Assembly (NCBI GenBank): GCA_963840035.1
Contig: CAWIXE010000001.1
Coordinates: 672,001 to 736,000, forward strand
Reading direction: 5' to 3'
DNA length: 64,000 nucleotides
Source of the DNA: a candidate division FCPU426 bacterium
GTDB taxonomy: Bacteria > Oederibacteriota > PGYV01 > Palsa-1178
Position numbers and translations under genes: made by a program. Positions 39,431-50,331 of the stretch are shown piece after piece. The notes below the pieces were generated by a model that was given only the letters and a program-made list of their open reading frames with translations, searched no databases and had not been told where the DNA came from. Every line of letters begins with the position of its first letter. Positions within the stretch are counted from its first letter, which is position 1.

Positions 39431-40783
39431 ATGGCTTATGGACATTCCGGATCATTCCTGAAACGAATCCTTGCAACAGCTTTAATTCTTGCGATTTTGC
39501 CTTTATCCATATTTGCCGGGGATTTTTATTACGGCGGGCCTGCGCGGCTTCTGTCGCTTGGCGGGCCTGGCGCGGCCATGTTTGATATTTCAAGCGCTGC
39601 CGACGGATACTCAGCGGGTTTTGCTTCCGCCATCTTTGCGCGGCCGGCTGTCAATGTCATCACATTAAACCCGCAGGTCATAGCGCTCGCGCGGGACGGC
39701 GCGCAGTGGCCCGGGACTTTAGTTATGGACTGGAGATATAAAACCGCAAATGTCAGGCTCAGTAATGAGGATGTGGGTATCATTTACCGCTTAGACGAAG
39801 ACACATCCTTTGTTATAAAACCGTATGCTGGTTTTTACGGGAATGACCCTTTTTTCAGCGACCACAGCGCCGGGGGTTTTTACGCCGAGGCAGCCCAGAG
39901 GTTTTTTGGGCGCTTCTGCGCGGCTATAAGCGGCGGGTGGTACAGGTTAAATTATTCCGAGCCTCAGTATTCGAAAAATATGGGATTTTACCAGGTTTCT
40001 TTATCACTGCTTCCCGAGGCAAAGGACGGCTGGGCATATTCCGTATCAGCCGGGAATAAGGGGAAGTCCGCCCTGTATTCGGATTATAAGTTATTGAGAT
40101 TTGACGCGGCCGCTTCCATGAGGTCAGCGGGAGACATTGAAATGCTTTTTAAGATTGGGACAGGGCCGGGTTATTCCGAGGATATCAGGAGGTATGGTTT
40201 TACTTTCACGCAGAGCCAGCCGGTTCAGGCGGACGCAGAGGCTTCCGTAAAAAAAGTTTTTGGGCCAATCACATACGGGCTTAAGCTGAACGCAAAATAC
40301 GGAACATCCATAACAGGGTTAGACAGCGCGGCAGGTGTTATGGTCAGGATAACAGACACTATTGCGTTGCCGTTTGAGGCGGGATACGCGTTTATTAAAA
40401 AGAACCGCGACTACAATAATCAGGGGTACGACCTTTTTTCAGCCTTTTACAAAGTAAGCCTTGGAGCGGAACTGAACATCTCGCCTGAGATGGCGATAAG
40501 GGCCGGAATAAATTGTGACGGGCAGAACGATGAATACACCAATATTGATGAGGAATATGGATTCTTAATCACGGAAACAACCGGGGCAGTTGGAACGAAA
40601 GATAACCCGCTTTTCCTTTCACCGGGACTGAACATAGGCGCGGGGTATAAGGCCGCTAATTTTGAAGTGAACATAGGGGCAAGGTACGCGAGGCATTTTT
40701 GGGCGCCTGAAGACAAATACCACATGGATATGCTCCATTACGGAATTGTGACAATAATAAGCGATTTCAAGTACTATTATTAG
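39431..40783 (+). CDS. Putative outer-membrane beta-barrel (FadL/PorV-like N-terminus)
   Basis: Signal peptide, GPARLLSLGG, amphipathic strands, C-terminal FKYYY. Confidence 0.6.
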   Translation: MAYGHSGSFLKRILATALILAILPLSIFAGDFYYGGPARLLSLGGPGAAMFDISSAADGYSAGFASAIFARPAVNVITLNPQVIALARDGAQWPGTLVMDWRYKTANVRLSNEDVGIIYRLDEDTSFVIKPYAGFYGNDPFFSDHSAGGFYAEAAQRFFGRFCAAISGGWYRLNYSEPQYSKNMGFYQVSLSLLPEAKDGWAYSVSAGNKGKSALYSDYKLLRFDAAASMRSAGDIEMLFKIGTGPGYSEDIRRYGFTFTQSQPVQADAEASVKKVFGPITYGLKLNAKYGTSITGLDSAAGVMVRITDTIALPFEAGYAFIKKNRDYNNQGYDLFSAFYKVSLGAELNISPEMAIRAGINCDGQNDEYTNIDEEYGFLITETTGAVGTKDNPLFLSPGLNIGAGYKAANFEVNIGARYARHFWAPEDKYHMDMLHYGIVTIISDFKYYY

Positions 40784-40829
40784 CCGGTTCTTTGAAAACC
40801 ATAAATCAACGATTGCTGTTTTCTAAATA

Positions 40830-41216
40830 CTACATCGCCCTGGTATCCGGATGGATTAGCTTGTTTAACAGCGGTTTTATTTCCATTATCTCGTCAGGCA
40901 TTCTTACATAAGCCGCGGCGCCGAGCTTCACTAGCCTTTCTTTCATTGCGGGGTCATCGTTTTTCCCATATACAATAATGGGAATGCTTATGGTTGTTCC
41001 GCTGCACTTTAGGGCTTTTAATGTATCCTCCCCGCTCATCCCCGGCATGTCCAGGTCCAGTATAATCGCGTCGGGTTGTTCCTTTTGCGCTTTTTCAATC
41101 CCGTCCCTGCCGTCAAAAGAAGAAATCATCTGGTGGTGCTCATTGCCGCCGTGCCTTAAGTAATACCCTATAAGTTTGTGCTGCATGTTAGTGTCGTCGA
41201 TGTATAGAACTTTCAT
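40830..41216 (-). CDS. Single-domain response regulator (receiver)
   Basis: KVLYIDD, PDAIILDLDMPGMSG; GGAGG RBS. Confidence 0.88.
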   Translation of the reverse strand: MKVLYIDDTNMQHKLIGYYLRHGGNEHHQMISSFDGRDGIEKAQKEQPDAIILDLDMPGMSGEDTLKALKCSGTTISIPIIVYGKNDDPAMKERLVKLGAAAYVRMPDEIMEIKPLLNKLIHPDTRAM

Positions 41217-41592
41217 AGTGCACCTCCCGTATCACAGGCCCGTATGACGGGCAGAATAAGGGAAAGTACAGGCGCGATAGCGCGGACAACTCAAGTAAAC
41301 AATCGATCAAAGCGGGCGTGTGTTGTTCATGTGCCTATAGGATTTGAATTTTTAGCATTTTAGAATCCAATATCTTTCCCCTATGGTATAAATACATTTA
41401 AATGGCAAAAAAGTCAAATTTTCGTAAATCCATTTTTTAGATAATTTGAAACAGTGACAAAATCCGGATAATCACGGGAACTAATATGCTGTTTTATATC
41501 CTCGTTTTTAATGGCGTTTCATGGTTTAACCATGTTGTCGTAATACGGGTAAAATGAATAAGGCCGGGGCACAATTTCCTCACGTAAAAGGC

Positions 41593-41740
41593 GAGAGGGA
41601 GCAAGCTCCCTCTCTACGAAAAACAAAGACAAAATAAAAACAAAACAAAAACGAGCAAGGGCCATAAATATTTACACCTACTGTAGAAACGCAGATTCCG
41701 ACTTTGCCAAGGCTTCGCCGGACAGGTGCTGCGGCTCAAG
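41593..41740. repeat. Composite REP cassette, copy 1
   Basis: gagagggagcaagctccctctCTAC .. ataaatatttacac .. GTAG-REP with nested insert; copy 2 at 44451-44578. Confidence 0.75.
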
Positions 41741-41915
41741 TCAGAATGTAAAAAAAGTTTGCTCCCGTTGTTATCAGCATAGAGGCGACAGAATAGACCC
41801 GGAGTCGGTAAACATACAAGCACAACTTCTTGGATATTGACACCAAAGGTCGAATTGGTGTAGAATTAACACGATTTAAGGGGATTTACAATAATTCAAA
41901 TTGTGGGAGGATTTC

Positions 41916-42791
41916 ATGAAAAAAACTATTTTTAATCTTTTATTACTATCCGTAATTGTTTTTATTGCTTCCTGTGGGGATAAAAAAGCAACCGGCCCCG
42001 GCATGGCACCGCCCGAAAATTCAGCGACCGTGACGCAAACTTACACTATCACACTTACAATGACTCCTTACCAGAGTTCTACTATCACGGCGACGAGGAC
42101 GATAACGCTTACCAATACAGACACGCCGACTTATACGGTGACTCCGACTAAGACCGCAACATCAACCTCGACGGTCACCCCTACAAATACCCCGAAAACA
42201 TTTAACCTCATACCGGGAAACAACTTAGGCTGCGCTGATGCTGATATCTTAAATTTATCGCCCACAAATAATACCGGAAGCTGCGGCGGCATAAGCATAT
42301 ACGCGGATCCTTCATCAGGCTATACAAAAAGGATCCTGTTGCGTTACGGAGTGGCTTCGGCTTTTATTACTCCGACAGTTGTGGCTGTAAACTTGAAGAT
42401 GAAGTTAAACGCATATGCCAACAGGAATGGCAATATAAACGTCCACAAGATGAATGCCCCATGGGTTGAAGGAAAATTTTGCGATGCTTCTTCCACTACA
42501 ACTGTAAGCTGGAGCGGGAGCGGGACTTCGGCGTGGACAACCGCGGGCGGAGACTATGATTCGGGCATTCAGGCTTCATTTCCATTTGATTCATATACGG
42601 GGACGGACAGCGTTATCAGGATACCCCTGCCGATATCCGTTTTTCAGGGATGGCTTGCAAACGACGCGACAAATTACGGGCTACTTTTAAAGCTGGCAAA
42701 CGAAAACCCGGCAGATTCCACAGGTATTTCATTTTACGCGGCGGGTGTAGGGTCTTCGAATAATCCAACGCTTGAGGTTTTATACTATTGA
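41916..42791 (+). CDS. Lipoprotein with Thr linker and DNRLRE-like domain
   Basis: IASC lipobox, T-x tract, W.EG..W..AGGDY, GWL...NYGLLLK, PTLEV. Confidence 0.75.
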   Translation: MKKTIFNLLLLSVIVFIASCGDKKATGPGMAPPENSATVTQTYTITLTMTPYQSSTITATRTITLTNTDTPTYTVTPTKTATSTSTVTPTNTPKTFNLIPGNNLGCADADILNLSPTNNTGSCGGISIYADPSSGYTKRILLRYGVASAFITPTVVAVNLKMKLNAYANRNGNINVHKMNAPWVEGKFCDASSTTTVSWSGSGTSAWTTAGGDYDSGIQASFPFDSYTGTDSVIRIPLPISVFQGWLANDATNYGLLLKLANENPADSTGISFYAAGVGSSNNPTLEVLYY

Positions 42792-42799
42792 TATGATGT

Positions 42800-42826
42800 G
42801 AAGGCAGGCCGTAAAGCCTGCCTTCA
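42800..42826 (+). terminator. Hairpin/terminator between the two lipoprotein genes
   Basis: gaaggcaggc-cgtaaa-gcctgccttc. Confidence 0.5.
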
Positions 42827-42928
42827 TCCGGTTTTTGGGGAAGCTAAAATAATAACGGGGCCGCATGCGTCCGTGAAATCCTTCACGGATTCCTTTTCAT
42901 TTCCGGAAAAATTTATTGGGAGGTTTCC

Positions 42929-44440
42929 ATGAAAAAAATTAGTGTGTGCGGGTGTATTCTTATTTTAGCCCTGTTTATATTTTCCTGCGGGAAAAAATCA
43001 ACGCCTTCGGGCCCGTCCGGGACACCGGGGCAGGCGGAGACTATGACTGTAACCGCGACGCTGACATCGACAGCGCAGCCCACGGGCACGGCCACGGCAA
43101 CGAGAACCGCCACACAGTCAGCCACCACGGAAAACAGCGCTACGCTTACCGCCACGAAAACCCACACCCAGGCCATGTCATCAACCGCGACACCGACGGC
43201 CACTACGACGCCTGTATTCACGATAAAAGTATCGGCCACATACAAATTTGATGATTTATTTTGCGCGGTGCCGGTGCGCAGCATCGACTGCGTAATACTC
43301 AACAATTGGGGCACCGAGGTATTTATCGCAAGTTCAATCATGGTGGACAATCTTTCAGACCCGGCGCCTGCATCGCAAATGCCGGCAACAACCGTTTATG
43401 ACGGGGGATGTTCCTGTTTTAAGATCACTGACTATGGCGGGCATACGGGCATGATACTCATGCCGCCGGAAGGCTGCAACGACAGCCGCATACTGGCTTT
43501 TGCGCCGGGTGATATATTAAGGTTTACTGTAACCATAGCAGGCACAGATACAGTCCTCGAACAGGAAGTGCCGGATATGTCCAGGACAGCCGGCGGGCAT
43601 ACCATACTTATGCCTTCTTCAGGATTTGATTACAGCGTATGTGATACATTTTATGGCTCAGCCTGTGATTCGGGCATAACCCCGCATACTTATACGGTAA
43701 ATCCTTCAAGGCCTTCGTGCACAGATAAAATTAGCGCGTATTTAAATAAAACAACATTCGCGTACGGCGCGGAAATATATACGGAATCTGAAATGTACTA
43801 CAGCATAGCCACGGCTACATCGACTTCTACAGCCACGGCCACGGTGACTCCGACAAACACACCCCAGACAGCCTCGTTTCAGCAGGGCGCGAATCTGTAT
43901 ACGGGGTGCGCGGACGCGTCGCTTCTGAGCTCCTCCCCGACTTTTAACAACGGTTCATGCACAATGATATCCATCGGAAAAAGTGGCACAAGCCTCTCAA
44001 GGGGAGTAATAAAATTCGTACTTACGTCGCTTTCGGGCGCGCAGGTGCAGTCAGCGCTGCTGACGTTTAAACTGAACACAATAATATCCGGCAGCGGAGA
44101 TGTGGAAGCATTCAGGCTGGCGAGGGCTTTTACAGAGGGGAACAAGTGCAATGCGGCAGGGGTAAATGAAGCGTGCTGGACAAAAGCATCAGCCACATCC
44201 TGGACAAATCCCGGCGGTGACTATACGGTGAGCATGGGAAGCGGAAGTTTCAGCGTGGGTTCCACATATCTTACGATGAGCCTCGACCCGGCGGTGGTGC
44301 AGGCATGGATAAACAACTCAGCTGTTAATTATGGGATGCTGCTTAAGACAAAGGAAACAGCGGACGCGGCCGCGCCGGTTTTTACCCAGGATAACGCGAC
44401 CCAGTCAAACAGGCCCGAGCTGGAGATAATATACTACTGA
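42929..44440 (+). CDS. Lipoprotein with Thr linkers, Cys-rich middle domain and C-terminal DNRLRE-like domain
   Basis: IFSC lipobox; GCADA, WTNPGGDY, VQAWI..NYGMLLK, RPELEIIYY (paralogous to upstream gene). Confidence 0.75.
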   Translation: MKKISVCGCILILALFIFSCGKKSTPSGPSGTPGQAETMTVTATLTSTAQPTGTATATRTATQSATTENSATLTATKTHTQAMSSTATPTATTTPVFTIKVSATYKFDDLFCAVPVRSIDCVILNNWGTEVFIASSIMVDNLSDPAPASQMPATTVYDGGCSCFKITDYGGHTGMILMPPEGCNDSRILAFAPGDILRFTVTIAGTDTVLEQEVPDMSRTAGGHTILMPSSGFDYSVCDTFYGSACDSGITPHTYTVNPSRPSCTDKISAYLNKTTFAYGAEIYTESEMYYSIATATSTSTATATVTPTNTPQTASFQQGANLYTGCADASLLSSSPTFNNGSCTMISIGKSGTSLSRGVIKFVLTSLSGAQVQSALLTFKLNTIISGSGDVEAFRLARAFTEGNKCNAAGVNEACWTKASATSWTNPGGDYTVSMGSGSFSVGSTYLTMSLDPAVVQAWINNSAVNYGMLLKTKETADAAAPVFTQDNATQSNRPELEIIYY

Positions 44441-44450
44441 AGCGGCGTTT

Positions 44451-44645
44451 GAGAGGGAGCAAGCTCCCTCTCTACAAAAACAAAAAAGATACGGCGGGTT
44501 ATAAATATTTACACCCACTGTAGAGCCGCTGCTTCCGACTTCGCCAAGGCTACGTCGGACAGGTGCTGCGGCTCTACAGTGGGTTATCAAATATTTGCAT
44601 TTAAAACAATTCCAGCCTTGAGCCGCAGCAAGCGGCGGCTCTACA
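44451..44645. repeat. Composite REP cassette, copy 2, plus an extra REP
   Basis: Colinear with 41593-41740. Confidence 0.75.
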
Positions 44646-44838
44646 AAATATAAAAAGCGCGTATTTGTCCCCGCCTTAAGTGGCGGGAAGCCGCCTCTCT
44701 GCACAAGAAGCCAATAGCCAATATACTTGTAGCCAATAATTATGGTTTGTACTATTATAATAATACCGCAAAGCGATACCATATCTAATGGCTAAGCGTA
44801 TATTGGCTAAATTTTGTCCGGCCCAAAAGGAGTAAAAC

Positions 44839-45246
44839 ATGCATAAAATGCCCTTTGAAGTGCGATTAAGCGACACCGATGTCACAGGCCAGGTCTACTA
44901 TTCCAAGCCGCTTGAGTGGATGGAATGGTGCCGAGTGGACTGGTTCCAGGCAAAGTACGGAAACTTCATGAAACATGTGGAGGAAACAGGCGTAACTTTT
45001 TTCCCTTCAAAAGTCAGCGTGGATTACAGGAAGCCAATCCTGTTCGGGGATAAACTTCAGATAGAGATGTCCTCAAAGGATATCAAAAAAGTTTCCTTTG
45101 TCCTTGAATATGCCATGAAAAGGCAGGGTGACACCGTGTTACAGGCGGAGGTTTTAATGGTGTGTTTTGATGTTAAGAACAAGAAACTCGCAAAGCTCGA
45201 AGGCGGCATGCTTGAGCACATTGGCGGGATTGCTGTCACGGCGTAG
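44839..45246 (+). CDS. Acyl-CoA thioesterase (4HBT/YbgC hot-dog family)
   Basis: VRLSDTDVTGQVYY, VDYRKP..FGD. Confidence 0.88.
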   Translation: MHKMPFEVRLSDTDVTGQVYYSKPLEWMEWCRVDWFQAKYGNFMKHVEETGVTFFPSKVSVDYRKPILFGDKLQIEMSSKDIKKVSFVLEYAMKRQGDTVLQAEVLMVCFDVKNKKLAKLEGGMLEHIGGIAVTA

Positions 45247-45439
45247 TATATGGCTTAAGTGCGAGGTTGAGCTTGCGGCACGTGCAAGCGGCGGTTCTGC
45301 AAAATCATGAAAGGCCCGGAGTTGATATTTAATAACCTGGCAAATCCGGGAAAATTGAAAGAACTGGCAAATGATATCCCGATGGTGTATAATAAAAAAT
45401 AATTACATTATCGCAGAAAGCCACTTTACGGGGTCATAT

Positions 45440-47287
45440 ATGAAAACAACGACAGGCAGCCGGGGTTTCTTTTTAAAGAGCGTCTTTGTCCTGCTTTATA
45501 CCGCTGCCATAGCCTGCGCCTGTGAGGCGGCCACGACTGCGACATTTACGCCGACAGGCACGGCCACCTTCACTAACACTCCCACCCGAACCGCCATTGT
45601 CTCTTCGATATGGCGGGTAAATGCGGGCGGGCCACTGTATCCGGACAGCTGGGGCAACACCTGGGCCGCGGATACTAATTTTAACAACGGCACCGGACAC
45701 TGTGTGACGATGACTGTTGCAAATACCATTGACAGCGTGCTTTACCAGTGTGAAAGATACGGCAGTCCCTTCACGTACGGTTTTAATGTCCCCGCGGGAA
45801 ATTATCAGGTCACGCTGAAATTCGCGGATTTATTCTGGGAAGCCGCGGGGGAGAGGGTATTTGACGTGTTCATAAACGGCGCGCTGGTGCTGGATAATTT
45901 TGACATTATATCGGATTCCGGGTCCGCTTTTACGGCAGTCAGCAAAGTGTTCAACAACATTGCGCCCGTAAGCGGGGCCATAGCATTACAGTTCGGGCCT
46001 GCGTCAGTTGATAACGCGCAGGTGTGCGCGATACAGATAAATCCCATGCCGCCCGCGCCGACACCGACTAAGACGCCGTGCCTGCCTACCACTATTAACC
46101 CATATATCCGGGTGAATGAAGGAATCTGGTCGCAGAGCAGCAGCGTAACCGTGTTCATGGGCACCGCCGTGAACCTTGGGCCGCAGCCTTTAACCGGCGG
46201 AACGTGGAAATGGACCGGCCCGGCCGGGTTTGTTGCCAATTCGCGGGAAATCAGCAATATTCCGCTGACATACGGCGTCAACACGTATACGGTAGTGCAC
46301 ACTAATTCCTGCGGCGGCCAAAACTCCGTGACTTTTACGGTTACGGTTCTGGTGCCTGTCATAACTGAGGCGGTCGGCGGCTGTGCCGCGGCAATAACCA
46401 CGGACGGAGTCATGAACGAAAGCGAGTGGGATTCAGCGGCATGGAATTCAATATCCAAAATCTGCGAAGGCACCAATCCCGGTAACGTATCAGGAAATTT
46501 CAAGCTTTTGTGGGACACAAAGAACCTATACGCGGGTATTGCCATAAACGACGCTTACCTGAACGCGACACAGGTGGCCTGCGCGAATTATAATGATTCT
46601 GCCGTTGAAATGTACCTTGATATGGCCAATGACCATGGCGCGCAGAGTTACCCGGGCTCTGTGGGAGATTTTCATTTCATGATCAGTTATGACTGCCTGC
46701 AGTTTTGCTTAAACGCCGCGGTGGCCATGGCTCCTTCCGGCATGAAGTACGCCAGCACGCATGATGCCGGCGGGTATGTTATGGAAGTGAAAATTCCCTG
46801 GGTGCTTTTGGGGGTTGTGCCCGCCGTAGGAGATACATATCAGTTTGATTTGCAGGTGGATTTCAACAACGGGACCAGCGAGCGCGTGGGACAGCTTGTC
46901 TGGAACGGCGACGCCAATAACTGGAAAAGTTCGGCTAATTTTGGAAATGTGCGGCTGGGCTATTGCCCGGGCCCGCCCCTCAAAGAATCATTCCATGTTT
47001 TCCCAAACCCCGTCAACCCAAAACAGTCGCAGGCGCGTTTCAATTACAACATTGAAAATGAGTCGGAAATATCCATAGAGATCTTCACCATAAGCGGCAG
47101 CCGCGTAAAAACCGTGCTGAATAAAGTTATAAAACCCGCCGGCCAGCATAATGAGGACGCATGGGACTCGAAAAATGAGTCGGGCAAGGAAGTGCTCTCG
47201 GGCGTTTACTTATGCGTTCTGGAGGTAAAAGACAGGGTCACTGGCGGGACAACAAGGCTCGTAAAGAAGATGGCGGTACTCAGGTGA
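45440..47287 (+). CDS. Secreted carbohydrate-binding protein: malectin + Ig-like + CBM9-like + FlgD/T9SS-like CTD
   Basis: RVNAGG..D..GNTWAAD, YQCERYG, LKFAD..GERVFDV (malectin); DG.MNESEW, LLWD..LY, DSAVE.YLD, YVMEVKIPW (CBM9); VFPNP..WD.KNESG..SGVY. Confidence 0.85.
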   Translation: MKTTTGSRGFFLKSVFVLLYTAAIACACEAATTATFTPTGTATFTNTPTRTAIVSSIWRVNAGGPLYPDSWGNTWAADTNFNNGTGHCVTMTVANTIDSVLYQCERYGSPFTYGFNVPAGNYQVTLKFADLFWEAAGERVFDVFINGALVLDNFDIISDSGSAFTAVSKVFNNIAPVSGAIALQFGPASVDNAQVCAIQINPMPPAPTPTKTPCLPTTINPYIRVNEGIWSQSSSVTVFMGTAVNLGPQPLTGGTWKWTGPAGFVANSREISNIPLTYGVNTYTVVHTNSCGGQNSVTFTVTVLVPVITEAVGGCAAAITTDGVMNESEWDSAAWNSISKICEGTNPGNVSGNFKLLWDTKNLYAGIAINDAYLNATQVACANYNDSAVEMYLDMANDHGAQSYPGSVGDFHFMISYDCLQFCLNAAVAMAPSGMKYASTHDAGGYVMEVKIPWVLLGVVPAVGDTYQFDLQVDFNNGTSERVGQLVWNGDANNWKSSANFGNVRLGYCPGPPLKESFHVFPNPVNPKQSQARFNYNIENESEISIEIFTISGSRVKTVLNKVIKPAGQHNEDAWDSKNESGKEVLSGVYLCVLEVKDRVTGGTTRLVKKMAVLR

Positions 47288-48831
47288 GGAAAGAAAAAGC
47301 CTCAGCAGTGAGGCTGTATTTATTCATGCTGTTTTTGCTTTCTTCGGCGGCATTTGCGGCGCCGGGGGATTATGGCACGGAAAATGTATTCATGATCGGA
47401 GCCGGGTCCAGGCCGGATGGCATGGCCGGCGCTTTTACGGCCGTGGCTGATGATCTCTCCGCGATACACTTTAACCCCGCAGGTATGGTAAACATAAAAA
47501 AACAGGAAGTATCCCTTCTATATTATCCGCTCTATGAAGGCGCCTCAATCGGCTCGGCCGCGTACGGGCAGTCCATCCTGAATTTTGGCACGATCGGAGC
47601 CGCTTTTTCCGTGTTTTCCTCGGGCAATATGGAGGGTTATGATGAGGCGGGGGAGCTTACATCTGTTTTCAGCAGCCAGCAGTATAAACTGACGGCCTCA
47701 TACGGGCGTTATCTGGCAGAAGGCCTTTCTGCCGGGGCAAATATCAATATATACTACTCCAATATGTCCAGGTTCAATTACGCGGGATTTGGCGCCGATC
47801 TGGGAGTCCTGTACAAACCTTTTTCTTTTTTTTCCGCGGGATTGATGGCCGGAAATATCATTACGCCGGCTTTTTCCATGCAGTCGGTTACAGAGGCGCT
47901 TGGCCGCAAATACACTCTCGGGCTTCTGGCAAGGCATCAGATCGCGGATTTTGAATTCAAGGCCGCTTTTGACGCTTCTGCCGGCGAAAAGGAAAACTTT
48001 AAAGCAAGGGCCGGCATGGAAGTCAGATGGGCCGGCATAGCGGCTGTGAGGGGCGGTTACAGCGAAGGCGAATTCACTTTCGGGGCGGGGCTGTCGCTAT
48101 ATGACGCGAAATTTGATTACGCGTACATAGCCAACAGGAATTTCGGAAGGATGGACAGGTTCGCGGTTTCATACGCGTTCGGAATGACCATAGATCAGCA
48201 GCGGGCGCAGTGGCGCAGGGCCATATATAATGAAGTGCGCAGGATCGTCGACGCCAGGATCAGGATAAAGATAAAGGAAGAGGCGGAAGCGCACTACAGC
48301 CGGGCATACGGGTATTATCAAAACGGCGAATACGAAGAAGCGCTTGCCGCGGTGGAGAAGTCCCTGGAGTGGAAGCGCGACCATGAACCTTCTATCATGA
48401 TGAAGAATATAATTGAGGAGAAACTTAAGGAAAAGCTCAGTTCAGGAGCAGGCATATCCGGGATAAAGGACGCGTATGTCATAGCCGGCATTGAATTTTA
48501 CGAACAAATGCAGTATGATGAGGCCTTAAAACAGTGGGAACTGGCGTTAAAGGGCAGGCCCGGAAATAAAGCCATTCAATCGCTTATTTTGAAGGCAAGG
48601 AAAGCCATGGCAACAGTTCCCAAAAGCAGTCAAGTGCCGAAGGAACAAAAGGAACTGGCGGACAGGATGTACTATATAGCGGTAAACAGCTATACTTCAG
48701 GCGACCTGAAAGGCGCTATAGAGATGTGGAAAAAAGTCCTTGCAATAGACCCGGAAGACGTCAAAACGCTCAGGGACTTAAGGAAAGCTCAGGCGGAACT
48801 TGAAGAACTCTCCAGGCGGGGAATCGAATGA
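47284..48831 (+). CDS. PorV/PorQ-like beta-barrel with C-terminal TPR repeats
   Basis: GAGSRPDGMAGAFTAVADDLSAIHFNPAG, GADLG, FDYAY; TPRs; GTG start overlaps upstream TGA. Confidence 0.8.
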   Translation: MRKEKASAVRLYLFMLFLLSSAAFAAPGDYGTENVFMIGAGSRPDGMAGAFTAVADDLSAIHFNPAGMVNIKKQEVSLLYYPLYEGASIGSAAYGQSILNFGTIGAAFSVFSSGNMEGYDEAGELTSVFSSQQYKLTASYGRYLAEGLSAGANINIYYSNMSRFNYAGFGADLGVLYKPFSFFSAGLMAGNIITPAFSMQSVTEALGRKYTLGLLARHQIADFEFKAAFDASAGEKENFKARAGMEVRWAGIAAVRGGYSEGEFTFGAGLSLYDAKFDYAYIANRNFGRMDRFAVSYAFGMTIDQQRAQWRRAIYNEVRRIVDARIRIKIKEEAEAHYSRAYGYYQNGEYEEALAAVEKSLEWKRDHEPSIMMKNIIEEKLKEKLSSGAGISGIKDAYVIAGIEFYEQMQYDEALKQWELALKGRPGNKAIQSLILKARKAMATVPKSSQVPKEQKELADRMYYIAVNSYTSGDLKGAIEMWKKVLAIDPEDVKTLRDLRKAQAELEELSRRGIE

Positions 48832-50318
48832 AGAAAAAATATTCAGGAATAAGGCTTGAAATAATGGCGGTTATTTTGTCCCTTACCCTGGCTGTTACAG
48901 CCATCATGAGCTTTATGGTGCTTAACATCCAGAAAAAAAGCCTCACAAACGAGATGGAACTCAGGGGCTTAAGCATGACGAGGAACATAGCGAACAATAT
49001 CTCGGATTTTATGCTCATGAAATACGAACTCGAGGCCGCAAAAATATTGAAAGAGGCGATGCAGAACAAGGGCGTTAAGTACGCTATGGTTGTCGGCCCA
49101 AGCGGCGTAATCCTCGCGCACAACGACATGACGCTGGTAAAAACCGCTTATGCGCCTCCGGGCAGGCTGCTTTATACCACGCCGGGGAAAAACAGCGTTT
49201 ATGTAACTGCGTCCGGCGAAAAAGTGATAGAGTTTACCTCGGCAGTGGTCGCCAAGCGCAAGGCAAAAATAGGCGTTGTACACGCGGGCATATCTTATGA
49301 TCTCATAACAAACGCGCTCAAGAGGACATACTTTGACATAATACTTGTGGCCGTTGTTGCCGTACTTTTAAGTTTGCTTGGCGCTTTCCTGCTGAGCGCC
49401 GCGTTCACAAAACCGATCCACGCGCTTGCCGAAGGCGCGAGGATAGCGGGAATGGGTGATTTAAACCATAAGATCAGCATAAAAAGCAGGAATGAACTCG
49501 GATTGCTGGCGGAGGCTTTCAACAGCATGACCGAGGGTCTGCAAAAAGCGCAGAAAGCCGAGATAGAAAGGCTGGCGCTGGAAAAAGAGCTTGAGATAGC
49601 GTGGAAGATTCAGGACTCCCTGCTGCCAAAGTCATTTCCTGAGATGAAGAAATATGAAGTCGCCGCGTTTTACAAGCCGGCAAAGGAAATCGGCGGGGAT
49701 TACTATGACGTGATACCGCTCTCCGGCAACAGGTTCGGGATGGTGATGGCTGACGTATCGGGTAAAGGAATACCCGCGGCGCTGATTATGACCATGCTCA
49801 GCGGCATATTAAATATGGAAGCAAGGGCGAATCAGGATCCTGTAACCGTGCTGACAAAATTAAACGAAGGCCTGCTCGCAAAAGTCGGGGGCGGCATGTT
49901 CGCGACGATTTTTTACGCTGTGCTTGATACTGTAAGTAATACGATAGAGATGGTTTCCGCAGGACACCATGAAATACTTGTATACAGGCAAGCGGCGGCT
50001 AAGGTCGAATCATACTGCCCCAAAGGCGCTGCCATAGGGATTTTAAACGGCAAAGAGTTTGGGTCAAGGCTGGAAAAGATAACGCTGAAGGCTGAACCGG
50101 GCGATAAATTTTTGCTTTTTACAGACGGCATAAGCGAAGCCAGGGCGGACGGCGGAGGCAGGTTTGGCATGGACAGGGCCGCGCAGTCCCTGCAAAAAAA
50201 CGGCGGCTTGGCGTGCAAGGCGGTGCTCGACGGGCTGCTCGGGGAAGTTGAGAAATTCACAGGCGGCCAGGAACAAAGCGACGATATCGCGGTCCTTTCT
50301 ATAGGAAGAAACGCTTGA
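48828..50318 (+). CDS. Membrane sensor PP2C/SpoIIE phosphatase with HAMP domain (RsbU-like)
   Basis: 2 TM + periplasmic domain, HAMP (NELGLLAEAFN.M), IGGDYYD, ADVSGKG, FTDGISE, QSDD. Confidence 0.92.
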   Translation: MKKKYSGIRLEIMAVILSLTLAVTAIMSFMVLNIQKKSLTNEMELRGLSMTRNIANNISDFMLMKYELEAAKILKEAMQNKGVKYAMVVGPSGVILAHNDMTLVKTAYAPPGRLLYTTPGKNSVYVTASGEKVIEFTSAVVAKRKAKIGVVHAGISYDLITNALKRTYFDIILVAVVAVLLSLLGAFLLSAAFTKPIHALAEGARIAGMGDLNHKISIKSRNELGLLAEAFNSMTEGLQKAQKAEIERLALEKELEIAWKIQDSLLPKSFPEMKKYEVAAFYKPAKEIGGDYYDVIPLSGNRFGMVMADVSGKGIPAALIMTMLSGILNMEARANQDPVTVLTKLNEGLLAKVGGGMFATIFYAVLDTVSNTIEMVSAGHHEILVYRQAAAKVESYCPKGAAIGILNGKEFGSRLEKITLKAEPGDKFLLFTDGISEARADGGGRFGMDRAAQSLQKNGGLACKAVLDGLLGEVEKFTGGQEQSDDIAVLSIGRNA

Positions 50319-50331
50319 GCGGAGGTGGACA

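Noticed and set aside
44760..44825. c-di-GMP-I riboswitch (gcaaagc..tctaa)
   Set aside because: Lacks the first GCAAA/GNRA helix and convincing pairing.
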